Assembly (NCBI GenBank): GCA_903813345.2
Contig: CAIIXF020000001.1
Span: 5,518,001 to 5,582,000 of the forward strand
Reading direction: 5' to 3'
Origin: Owenia fusiformis
Lineage: Eukaryota
DNA: 64,000 nt
Both the position numbers and the translations under genes were made by a program. Below the pieces are notes generated by a model. The model was not told where the DNA came from and made no database searches. It worked only from the letters and a program-made list of their open reading frames with translations. Positions 12,905 to 24,641 of the stretch are shown piece by piece (position 1 is the stretch's first letter; the number at the start of each line of letters is the position of its first letter).

Positions 12905-13234
12905 CACTGGCGGATCTGGGGGGGGGGCCCAGGGGCCCGGGCCCCCCCCCCCTTGAGTGGGCCCAGAAAAAAAAATTGTGCCCAAAAAAAATTTTGAGCC
13001 AAAAAAGGCTTTAAGGCCCCAAAAAGTAGGCCTTTTAGGTCTTAAATTGGCCTTCTAAGGCCTTGTTTTTTAATTTTAGGCCAAATTTAGAAGAAAATGG
13101 GCCTCAAAATTTCAAAATTTGGGCCCACTTTTGGGTTTTTGGGGCCCAAAATTTTTTTCCGCGCAAGCGCGGACGTTTTTTTCTCAGACCACAAGTTTGG
13201 GCCCCCCCCTTGTTGGTTCCCAGATCCGCCCCTG
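12905..13234. mobile_element. 330-bp MITE with 5-bp TSD (hAT5-like)
   Basis: aaatg|CACTGGCGGATCTGGG...CCCAGATCCGCCCCTG|aaatg; a decayed relative lies at about 36680-36825. Confidence 0.8.
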
Positions 13235-13313
13235 AAATGCCATATTTAATGGGCCACTTCAATGTTTTAGCATATCAAAAATATTTTGAAACATTAGTGA
13301 TGTCACTAAGGTA

Positions 13314-13550
13314 CAGTTGGGGACATAAATAAATGACAGGTGGATTTGCTGAAGTGAGGATTTCCAATGTTAAAAATAAGAGAATTTACAAGAGGCCATA
13401 AATCAGTGGATGAGATTATACACAATGTAAAATATACAAATTTTAAGGGATATGTATCTAGACAATATTGGAAATTATGGGCTTTCAGACCACCATAATT
13501 AGGAAATGGTGATCGAAAATCGACCTGTCATTTATTTTTGTCCCCAACTT
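13314..13550. mobile_element. Tc1/mariner-type MITE (~237 bp)
   Basis: TA|CAGTTGGGGACATAAATAAATGACAGGT...ACCTGTCATTTATTTTTGTCCCCAACTT|TA. Confidence 0.75.
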
Positions 13551-16500
13551 TAGCAAAAACTTTTTGAAAAAAATTGAATTTTTTTTTTGATGTCAATCTT
13601 TTCTAAATATATGATAGACTTTCATAAAAAACCAATGTTGATTGTTTAACCAGGTTAAAAGGAAGAATAAGTTCATTTCTCGCTTGTTTATCAACCGATT
13701 TTCTTAATTTTTTCAGCAAAAAACATGGGAGGATGAATGCCATGCGTTGGTATGAATTGTGGCTAATTAGAAGATATGAGTGACCTCTAAAAGTTGGTTT
13801 TAAATAAATTCACAAATTTTGGAACAAAAGTCTATCAAAAACCAGTTTTTGAAATTAAAAAAAAAAGTTTCACATATCACACTTTGATAACATTGGGTAA
13901 GACTACAATATAAGCCAAAGTGGTTTAAACTTTAATGGCTATGTTGATAAAGCATTCTTAATCTTGTCAAAAACAATATTTGTCCAAATATTTCATTTTA
14001 TGGAGCGGTCATCCTTTAAGAGTGCAAGCAATCTTATGGAGCAAACTTAAATTGTCTGATCAGATAGGAACTCTTTGTAACTTGTCAATGACTTTGAAAA
14101 AAAAAATTGTTCAGTTTGAAGCAAGTTCAAATTTGACCTTGAAAAATTTTGTTATAGGAAGTCTAGGAGGCATGATACTGTATCTCATAACTGGTGCAAG
14201 ATTTGTAGCACCTTTATGTTTCAAAGGAAAAATATTGATTTGTAGTCTTAACATTTTGAGCAACTTTGATAATTCTAGTTTGTTGTTGTTGATCTTTTGC
14301 TTTTTGCTTTTTCAGACCTCAACAAGTCTTTTTGATCAAGTTGACCTTAATTTTAATAAAAAAAACACATTCAAAAAAGTAACCTTTTACAAGGTCAACC
14401 AAATGACAAATCTCGAATCCTAGAATATGTCCAGAAAAAAAGTTATCTGTCCAATAGAAGAAAAGATATTTAACTTTTTGTGATTTTATAACATGGGATC
14501 TATGGGGAACCCCTCGAACTAGAAGGCACATTTTCAAAAAAAGTTGAATTTCCAAAGTTGATAAACAATTTTCAAAACCATATTTCTAGATGTACTTTTA
14601 CTTGTAGATTTCAAATTTGACATCACTTTGACTGAATTTTGAATATTTAATGAAGTAAATCCAAGATTATATCTATTCGCATCTAGTCTATTCAAATTTG
14701 CCATCAAATAGAAGAAATTGTTGGTTAAATGGCTAAAATGCAGATCTCCTAAAATCTCATTAAAACAATGAGATTTCAAACTATTTAGCAAAACATCTAT
14801 TCTTAAATAATAAGCATGAAAATGAGTTAGCAATATATTAGTATTATTTATTGAACAACCCTCGTATAATTTGAATTGGTCAACAGGACAATTTTGACAG
14901 GCAAAATTAATCTGCTGTAAAGACAATGAATAGAATAAATGAGTACCTGTGATGTTGATTAATGATAGGCGACTGGTGTGTCAGTATAGACGCAGATGAA
15001 AATCAACATGCCAATCAAGTTAACATACACAATGAGTTAAAATGAAAAATGATCTCATCAAATTGAATACATTAAATTATAATTTAAATGAAATAATACA
15101 AGTAGTGTTTTGATAGCCATGTGAAAAGTTCAGTTGGTCACTGGGACATCCTAATGTATTATGGCTTCCAGATTCTTATCTTATTTTACTTTCCCCTACT
15201 TTAGTTATTTAGAGAAGCTTTGTATATTGAATATAGTTGTTTGGGTATTGCATTTCCCCAAAAAATTACATTTCATCAAGATTTGTTGTGGTTTAAAATG
15301 AACTCATTAAACCAACAGATGATAATTGATATTGAATGATGAGAAGAAAGACAATGTAGTCTCCAAGAGTCATCAATGGTCTGAGCTGTGGCCACATGTC
15401 CAGGAGTTCATATGGGGCAACTGTTGACAGATAACACAACAATGTCAATATTAATGATATCAAAGTTAACCGTTAACCATTGAAACCTTTGATAGGGAAC
15501 TATTAAGATAGCAGCATTAGAGAAAAACAACCACTTGTGTAACTTGCACATGCTTTGACCAAATCACCACAAACATGCAAACAAATAGCAAAAGAGACGA
15601 ATTATCAGAATTAAACTTAAAACTAAGATCATAATGTGTTTATTTCTATGGAAAAAGGATAATTAAAAGAGAAAATTAAGTCACATATTAAAGATCAAAC
15701 ATAAATAACTTGGACATAAACATTATTATATAAATTAATTAACTATGCAAATATTATATTTAGTGTTAAAGGATATAGCTTAGCAGTTGGAATTAAACTA
15801 TGTAAAACAGGATATAATACTTTACAAGAGGATTAATTATCTGTCAAGAAACATGCAGAATCCATGACACACACTGAATTAACACTTTACATTCACAAGT
15901 ACTTGACCATTTAGATAGACCTTATTGGACATTTTCTTGGACTCAGTATCGGCAGCTGCTAAATGAACACTTACCAAATTGTTGTTGTTATTAAATACAC
16001 GCATTGTGTTATTTGAGACTTGGAAATTAAGACTGGTCAGTTCAAGTGTTTGAAGAACATTTTAAGACGCATTTGGGATACAGTCTTTGTATTCTACAAG
16101 AATAGGATTTAGTCTGTGTAATGGAAGACAAGAATTGACTCTAGGATCTTAAGGTCTCAAGTGTTTACTGTTTGGGGACAACTAACCCAAGAGAATCTCA
16201 AGTATTCCTGGTAAATAGAGATACCTCTGAATTGCTAAGCTGGATATATCACTCTAGAGTGGGACAGTGACATATACAGACATGCAGAAACCATTGTGGG
16301 ATCCACTGCAAGTATTATCCTTTGGAATACCAACGTGTAAGATAAAGTGAGATTAATCAGAATGTGCAGAAACCAAATAGGTATTTTGATAAGATATACA
16401 ACAGTTGCCAAGTTAAATGAAACTTAATTGTATCAGAACGTAGCTGCTGTAGCTATATGCAATAATACATTATCAATACCCGGATACCACAGACATTTCT

Positions 16501-16555
16501 ATACTTAATTAAAATACAACTTTTGCAATATTTAAACAAAAGATGACTCATCACC

Positions 16556-18382
16556 ATGGATATTAATTTTTTTGTTCCACCTGGATATTTACAATTCCTT
16601 GACCTCAGTTATAGTAGTGCCATCTTGATGGATGATACACCTCTGCCAACAAATTTATGTAACAGAAATGCAGATATATTAATGCAGCGTAAACATAAAC
16701 CTGCACTTGATCGCAATGTAAATGTGAATAGAAAAAGCAGCAGCGTAACAGCTGTACAGAGTTGTTGTATTGATAGTCATAGTATTGGAAATAATAGATT
16801 TATTTATACACAAGCAAATCATCATCATGTGATATCTAGGGATACGTGTAATAAAAGATATACAGATGATAACAGTACCATATTTGACACTCATAAAAAT
16901 GATTCTATTGATGTTTCAAATGTGGACATTATTCAGGATATTATCAGTAAGGTTGAAATATCTGGAAATGAATGCGTCACTATGGGAGGATCCTTGTCAA
17001 AACATATGGTGAATAATGAATTGGTGAATCATAAGAAAAACTCTTTGATAAACAATGAAGATATGCAATCATGGAGTGAGGATAGGATGGAAAGATCAGA
17101 AACGAACATAGACAATCATGAAAATAAGGATTTCAATAGAAACAATGACATGAGTGATACATTATTGCACGACTGTTCATCTTTTGAGATTCAAAGTACT
17201 CCAGTCAAAGAATTTCAGACACTTAAAACAACTCATGACAATAGTAGATGTATGATGCGTACTGTGTTTGTCTCAAGTTTGGAGGCTGACATAGCGGAGG
17301 GCGACATATGTCGGTGTAAACTGGAGTCTATCATTTGCAATGGTGATTGTGAAAATGACAATAACATTATTACAATGAGTGATCATGATGATGAAGATGT
17401 TTTCTCAAGCTGTTTATCTATAAATAAATCACTGTATAGTCCAAACACAACACAATATAAAAGTCTTGACAATACTGTTGAAAGTGAATCAGATAATGAT
17501 GACGACATAGACAAGGATTTAAAATTTGTCTCAACTGATTCTCTACATATTGAAAATTATCATGACTTCATCAATATTGTTGATGACATCATGGATGAGA
17601 CTGATTGTGAACCAGAATGGGATGCATATGATACAGTCATCAACGATGATGATGAAAGTAGAGAGATTGAATGTTCCGTTAATTCAATTTTATCAAATAC
17701 TGGTCCTACAAGACCTTATAGTTTTGGTTATTATAGCGATTCAGAAATCAATGATGATATACCATGCGTTGATAATGTCCTGGAAACAGAACCAAAAGAA
17801 CTTTCTTTCAATGATCATAGCGCTCCCAATTCTGAAATATCTGATACAGAATCATGGACAGAGTTTGGTTCAAATGTTGATTCACCTATGTATATTCATG
17901 CTGTGAAATCTAGTGCCATAGAAAAAAGGAAATCCAGTGCAATAAAAACAAGGTTATCTAGTTGTTCAAGGCACTCAAGCACTTCAGTTGACCCAGATCC
18001 GGCAACTGACACAAGTTTGGACAGATGGTCTGATGCTGAAGAGGTATTTGACAATACTTTCTATCATTCTTTTGCTGATGGATCTATTGTGAATACTGAT
18101 TGTGAATTATCGTGTACTGAAGAAGATAATGATAAGGGTGAGGATAAATCAAAAATGGTGCATCAGCCGTTTGCCAGAAATGCAGTAATACAAGTACTTA
18201 CTGAGAAAATTGATGATGAAATAGCATTGAAGTATAACCAAGATGGCATTGAATCTGTATTTCTTGAACATTATGATGACTTTGTGAATATTGTCATGCC
18301 ACATGAAAAGATTGTAGAGGAAAAAGAGGTTTGGGATGATTTTGTGCCAGGGTGGCAAGGCAATGGCTTGTGGTTGGATTAA
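16556..18382 (+). CDS. Uncharacterised acidic D/S/N/E-rich protein, copy A (608 aa ORF) nested in TPD52 intron 1
   Basis: 1.8-kb stop-free ORF in very AT-rich DNA; paralogous copy keeps the frame through several indels; no domain recognised; true start uncertain (M1, M25 at 16628, or spliced). Confidence 0.7.
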   Translation: MDINFFVPPGYLQFLDLSYSSAILMDDTPLPTNLCNRNADILMQRKHKPALDRNVNVNRKSSSVTAVQSCCIDSHSIGNNRFIYTQANHHHVISRDTCNKRYTDDNSTIFDTHKNDSIDVSNVDIIQDIISKVEISGNECVTMGGSLSKHMVNNELVNHKKNSLINNEDMQSWSEDRMERSETNIDNHENKDFNRNNDMSDTLLHDCSSFEIQSTPVKEFQTLKTTHDNSRCMMRTVFVSSLEADIAEGDICRCKLESIICNGDCENDNNIITMSDHDDEDVFSSCLSINKSLYSPNTTQYKSLDNTVESESDNDDDIDKDLKFVSTDSLHIENYHDFINIVDDIMDETDCEPEWDAYDTVINDDDESREIECSVNSILSNTGPTRPYSFGYYSDSEINDDIPCVDNVLETEPKELSFNDHSAPNSEISDTESWTEFGSNVDSPMYIHAVKSSAIEKRKSSAIKTRLSSCSRHSSTSVDPDPATDTSLDRWSDAEEVFDNTFYHSFADGSIVNTDCELSCTEEDNDKGEDKSKMVHQPFARNAVIQVLTEKIDDEIALKYNQDGIESVFLEHYDDFVNIVMPHEKIVEEKEVWDDFVPGWQGNGLWLD

Positions 18383-19967
18383 CAGTAACCCTTATTCTAA
18401 ACAATGTATATTGCCACAGTGTAATGTAAATTGCAAGCTTGGTATAAGCTTTTTGTTAAATATTTCTACTTGTATAATGCATTTAGATGTGAAGCACATT
18501 CACGCTGAGTGTTTTGACACAGGATTAATGTTATTGTCTAGATTTAGTTAACTAATGGTTTATAGGGACCTGGGTTATTTTGTGTTTCTTTCATGTTGCC
18601 TATTGAGTTTCTATTTACTTATACTTTATATCATTTATTTATAAAGTGTTCCCAACTAGCAGTTTCTGTATTAGTCTTGTTATCCCTTGTGCAGTTCAAG
18701 AGACACAGTGCAAGTCTATCTCTACATTCCAATTATTCTTGATGCAGAGAATCACCTAAAGGTTGTGTTTTTGATAAATCTCCTATTATGAAAGTCAATA
18801 CAATTCTTACATTTCGATTTTTAAACAATATTTTTCTTATTGTTGCAATTGTAAGAATGATTAGGCTATAATTGTGGGATTTATTGACCCAATGAACGAT
18901 GTTCTGTTGGGATATACTTAAGCTGTCCGTCCGTCTATCCGTCCATCTGGCCATTCCTCCGTCAGTCCGTCAGTCAGTCAGTGTATAATTTTCTATTAAA
19001 ACCACTTTGATTTTTAGTTATTTACCTTTATTCAATTTTCTAGGATTTTCAGGTCTTGTGAAAAAGGTCGAGCTAATTTATTAATCAAAACAAATAGAAA
19101 TACTTTGCCAGCTGTTTCTATCTTATGAATAGTATTCTAGCCTTACCAACACATATGCTGCCATCTATTTATCCATTTACATATAGCAAGTGTTGCATTA
19201 TGAATTTGTTTGCTATGATAATTATCAACTGGAAATTGGTATTTTAAAAAGCTTTCAGAATTGATTTTTAGTTGAGATATTGATTTTTCTACAAGATGCC
19301 ACATATTTTATGAGTCATCTGAGAGCAAGATTTATTGCAGTTTTTTCTTTTGTAATACATTTAATACCTGATGTCTGATAATGAATGTATTGTGGGACCC
19401 CTAATGTGTAGTGCTCATTTTTAAGTTAAGTCCTAATAAAGTTTAAGTTTAAAATATGTCATAATGTATAATAATTCAAGATATTGGAAATTAAGATGAC
19501 AGATTTTCTTGAATTTTTACTTTTTAGACAGATTTACAATCTGGAGTCTATTAAGAATAACTAGACATTATGGAGACTCTGTAGGCCATAGGCATTTATG
19601 ACCTTTTGAAGGTTGCAAATATTCTTGAGATGCTAAAATGTTGAAGTGACATATTAGATATGTCATTTTATTCTTGAAATAGTGTGTCCTTTGTTCAGTC
19701 TTTATATTGGTGTTAAAAAGATAATGTTTTTTCACTGTATAGTGGAATATTTGACGATAAAAAAAACTTAACCACTTTTTTAAAAAAGTTCTTTTTTTTA
19801 AATATCCAAAATAACTTATTTTTCAAAAATCTCTAAAATAACTTTTAAATTTGTGACAAATAGGAAATGTTGATAAAAACATATTGGAACTTTAAAGGAA
19901 TGTACATACTGACATTAAGTCAAAATATTGATTGGAGTATAATATTCATCTGGAGTCTTAATGATTA

Positions 19968-20477
19968 CACTGGTGATCCACTCTATTACGCTGATTACCG
20001 AAACGGAACAAAATTTCAGAACCTTTGAAGGTGCGATTTTTCTTTTTTCCTTATTCCATGCGCTAAAGGCAAAATTCCCATGACATTTTTATAACAAACA
20101 CGTGTCAGAATCATATGTCTAAGAAAGTGTACATGTTTGCGAACAAATAGAACAGAAGACCACAGAATCTTCATTTTAATACCTCACTTAATTTACATAA
20201 ACGGAACTTCGAAAAACCGTTAAGATCTGCATTTCTAACCAATTCTGTTTACGTAACTTAAGTGAGGTATTAGATTGACGATGCTATTGTCCTCTTAACT
20301 ATTTGTTCACAAACATGTACATACATATGATACTGACACACGTTTGTGATAAAAATGTCGTGAGAATTCTGCCTACAATGCGTGAAATAAGGAAAAAAAG
20401 AAAAATCTTAACTTCGAGGTTCCGACATTTTGTTAGCGAAACGGTTCGTAATAGTGTAATCAAGTGGATCACCAGTG
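19968..20477. mobile_element. Fold-back MITE (~510 bp), present in both duplicate copies (copy B ~32131-32537)
   Basis: CACTGGTGATCCACT...AGTGGATCACCAGTG; internal arms also inverted (aatacctcacttaatttacataaac / gtttacgtaacttaagtgaggtatt; cgtgtcagaatcatatgt / acatatgatactgacac). Confidence 0.75.
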
Positions 20478-21587
20478 AATTAGTCATATAAATTATTTTT
20501 ATATAGACATCCTGTATATACTGTAGCAATTTTTGTAAGTCTATTGTACCATTATGTTTATAACATCTTTGGTGTAATTATTTTCATAGTTTTACATATA
20601 ACTGATGACTGTATTATTTACTGTAGACAAAAAAACATCTAAAAAACTATACGTAAATTTCAAAATCTAATGACTTTTTTACCAGAATCTGCAGATTTTG
20701 CATGAGAGTGCTGTTTGATTACTACCTGTGTTCTTGTTTGATTGATTGAAAGGAGATATTGGAACATAAAACTGTTACCTTTGTCTTTATCAAGTATTAC
20801 ATACCTATGGAAGTATTTGTATGGAAGTCAATGGGAAAGTAAGTGGGCTATATCTACCAATATTGCCGGCTTTCTTTATCATCTTGACTAACTGGAGAAA
20901 CAAGATTCCTAGTCACCTCAGAATTGACCTTGGAACACAAAGTGACAAGATAATCCATCACCAAATTTTTCATTAAGATTGCTCTTATTTGAACAATTTT
21001 TATCCAATTTACACAAAAATTGTTTTCAAATGTGTAGAAATGATCAATGCCGTCTAATTTACTAAATTGAGCATCACCTGTTGTATAGATATGTAGTAAA
21101 ATGTCAAAAGCTTGCAAAAATTCCCTGGTTTCAACTGATTTTGAATCCTGTGATTCAAGAGGTTCATAACCATGACAATATCATAACGTCATGCTTAATT
21201 TCAATCAAACTCTACTCGCAACTACAGATGTGTGACGTCATTGATACAAAGTAGCCATGGGAATAAAGTATAATGTAATATATCAGTTGCGTCACTATTA
21301 CGTGAAATATGTCGATAGTTCTTGCCCAAATACCACGGACCGTCTTTGCAAATACAGAGCCTCCCAAGGACAGACTATATTGGCAGAACTGAGGCATATT
21401 TCATATAGAAGTGACATAACCTCAAAATACTATAACAAAGTAATATGTATTTTTGTGAATTATACGGTGTAAACAGATAGAACAATAAATTCCACAAAAA
21501 ACTTAAATACCTGTTTTTGATGATGTTCTAATATTACAATGGCCAGATAAAGATGATTGTGCCAGACTAACTTAAAAATATGAATTA

Positions 21588-22523
21588 TTATCCCATCGAA
21601 CGAAGTTCGGAGGGATATAGGGAATGCCTCCGTCCCTCCATCCGTCCGTCCGTCCGTACGTACGTCCATCCGTCCGGGCAATAACTCAAATACCGTTGGC
21701 CCGATTTTGTTCATATTTTGTACACATATACCCTATGGGGGTAGATTTTTGCTATAACTCAAAAAATAGTGGAGCGATTTTGTTCATATTTGGTATGTGA
21801 ATACTATAAGTATTGCACACTGTCTAAAGACACTTTTGGTAGAAAGTGGCCATCTTGAAAAATGGCCGCCATTTTAACATATTTTACTATAACTCAAAAA
21901 GTAGTGGAGCGATTTTGTTCATATTTGGTATGTGAATACTATAAGCATGGCACACTGTCCTATGACACTTTTGGTAGAAGGCGGCCATTTTGAAAACAAT
22001 TTTGAAAAATGGCCGCCATTTTAATGTATTTTACTATAACTCGAAAAGTAGTGGAGTGATTTTGTTCATATTTGGTATGTGAATACTATAAGCATGGCAC
22101 ATTGTCTATTTCTAATGACACTTTTGGTAGACAGTGGCCATTTTGAAAAATGGCCGCCATTTTAACGTATTTTACTATAACTCGAAAAGTAGTGGAGCGA
22201 TTTTGTTCATATTTGATATGTGAATACTTTAAGCATGGCACATTGTCTAATAAAACTTTGGGGAGTAGTCGGCCATTTTGAATAATGGCCACCATTTTTA
22301 TGTGTGTTATTTTACAAGTACGTGTGCAATTTTTCAAAAATTTTAGATGTGGCTACTTAAAGCATATTATTTCTTCTGATGACAACTTGGCTAGTGAGCA
22401 ACCATTTTGAAAATGGTGGCCTTTCTGGTGTGTTGTTTTATGATATTTGCTATTCGTTTGTAAAAATGTCAGCCATTTCTGTTCGATGGGATTCGCTACG
22501 CTTTGGCGTTGCCGTTGTTCTGG
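21588..22523 (+). mobile_element. Helentron-associated (HINE/DINE-1-like) non-autonomous element, 936 bp, only in copy A
   Basis: Subterminal IR ATCCCATCGAAC (21590-21601) / GTTCGATGGGAT (22481-22492), (TCCG)n microsatellite, about four 135-147-bp tandem units, 3' hairpin gctacgc-tttg-gcgttgc; empty site atatgaatta|tttttgtttctg at 33421-33442. Confidence 0.85.
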
Positions 22524-23642
22524 TTTTTGTTTCTGCTTCATTCAGAAAGTTACAAATAATGAAACAGTATTTGACTGTAAATATATAAGCACAAGTACCA
22601 AAGGGAAAGGACCAAAAGTTGTAATGGAACTCAGCAAGAAAAAGCAAACTCTAAGTGCACACCAGTCAAGAAAAACAAACCCCATATAGCCCAAAACCAT
22701 GATCTAACGTGAAAAGAAACAATGTCTAATACCCCCTTTCCCCCCACCATTCAAGAACCAATATCACAATCCAAGACCAGAAGACTTAGGGACATTTCAT
22801 TCATACTGAAGTCATTACAATACATGTTGAAGAAAAAATTAGAAATTGATAGCCAATTGATAGCCAATACCCATAACCTCAAAAATAGTTGTAGATACAA
22901 GTACTCATACAAGATAGAGCATTCAGTCTCAAATGATGTGGGATAGATAAAATCCAGTATCCAAGTCCATAGGTGTTTCAAAGGGTCAACATCCATTCAC
23001 AAAATGGATTTTACAAAAGTAGGCTAAAACAGGTCACTTTGACAGATATTCAGTAGAATGTGACTATAATAAAACATCGATAATATATTCTTGACATGTG
23101 CAGGAAGATAATGACGTTGCACCATGTACGCATAAAATGCCATGGCATACTCTCAAAATTTATCTCAAAGTTAATTTTTTACATTGAATTACCCCAAATG
23201 TAAAAAGATTGCAAATAATTTCAGTTTAGTAGTACATATTAGTTTTTTGTATTAGAATTTTGTATTTTAAAACACCTGAGAGCGCTTCAAATGTTCTTGG
23301 GGAGAGAAGCCCCTAAACCCCCTCAAAGTTTGCTTGCTTCGCTCACTCATGGCATACTCACAAAATACCACACTACGCCACTGAAGACTTGGTTTTAAAG
23401 TGAATTTTTATATGGTTCCTGGTTTATTAACTTACTCAGAAAGGTTTTTGTACTGCATTTTATAATGCTACACCAAGACCTCTAATTGAAACCATTAGAT
23501 TTTTAATTTATTTAGATATATACCAACAACATTTCACCCAAATATTTCTTTTGAGACCTCTTGCCTTTGAAGCATTTCAGAATCTGATTTCAAAATAAGC
23601 TCATCAGGATTATCAATAAATTTATGTAACAGTTATGCAGAT

Positions 23643-24609
23643 ATGTTAGTGCAGCTTAAACATGAACCTGCACTTGATCGCAGGCCTCCATTGGATTTAA
23701 AACTCAGTTCAGCCAATGTAAATGTGAATAGCAAAAATAGTATTGGAAATAGGCTAATAGATTTATTTATTATTACACAAGCAGATCATCATCATGTGAT
23801 ATCTAGGGATACATGTAATAAAAAATATAGAGATGATAGCAATACCATATTTGACACTCATGAAAATTATTCTATTGATGTTTCAAATGTGGACATTATT
23901 CAAGATATTATCAGTAAGGTTGAAATCTCTGGAAATGAATGCGTCACTATGGGAAGATCCATGTCAAAACATATGGTGAATAATGAATTGGTGAATCATA
24001 AGGAAAACTCTTTGATAAACAATGAAGATATGCAATCATGGAGTGAGGATGGGATGGAAAGATCAAAAACGAACATAGACAATCATGAAAATGACGATTT
24101 CAATAGAAACAATGACATGAGTGATACATTATTGCATGACTGCTCGTCTTTTGAGATTCAAAGTACTCCAGTCAAAGAATGTCAGACACTTAAAACAACT
24201 CATGACAATAGTAGATGTATGATGCGTACCGTGTTTGTCTCAAGTTTGGAGGCTGACATAGCGGAGGGCGACATATGTCGGTGTAAACTGGAGTCTATTA
24301 TTTGCAATGGTGATTGTGAAAATGACAATAACATTATTGCAATGAGTGATCATAATGATGAAGATGTTTTCTCAAGCTGTTTATCTATAAATAAATCTCT
24401 GTATAGTCCAAACACAACACAATATAAAAGTCTTGACAATACTGTTGAAAGTGAATCAGATAATGATGACGACATAGACAAGGATTTAAAATTTGTCTCA
24501 ACTGATTCTCTACATATTGAAAATTATCATGACTTCATCAATATTGTTGATGACATCATGGATGAGACTGATTGTGAACCAGAATGGGATGCATATGACA
24601 CAGTCATCA

Positions 24610-24641
<32 letters not shown>

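Noticed and set aside
13980..14926. ORFs of 78-147 aa here, and most other short ORFs in the track
   Set aside because: They overlap identified repeats or lie antisense/out of frame to real exons, and show no recognisable motifs.
17526..17906. Overlapping +1-frame ORF (126 aa; 132 aa with poly-Met at 24493-24891) in both copies
   Set aside because: Explained by GAT-rich (Asp) codons of the main ORF reading as ATG in the next frame; no independent coding signal.
18134..18143. Phase-1 donor-like AAG G|GTGAGG that could fuse ORF A to TPD52 exon 2
   Set aside because: The GT is absent in copy B (GAT GAG) and the best-conserved part of the ORF lies downstream of it.
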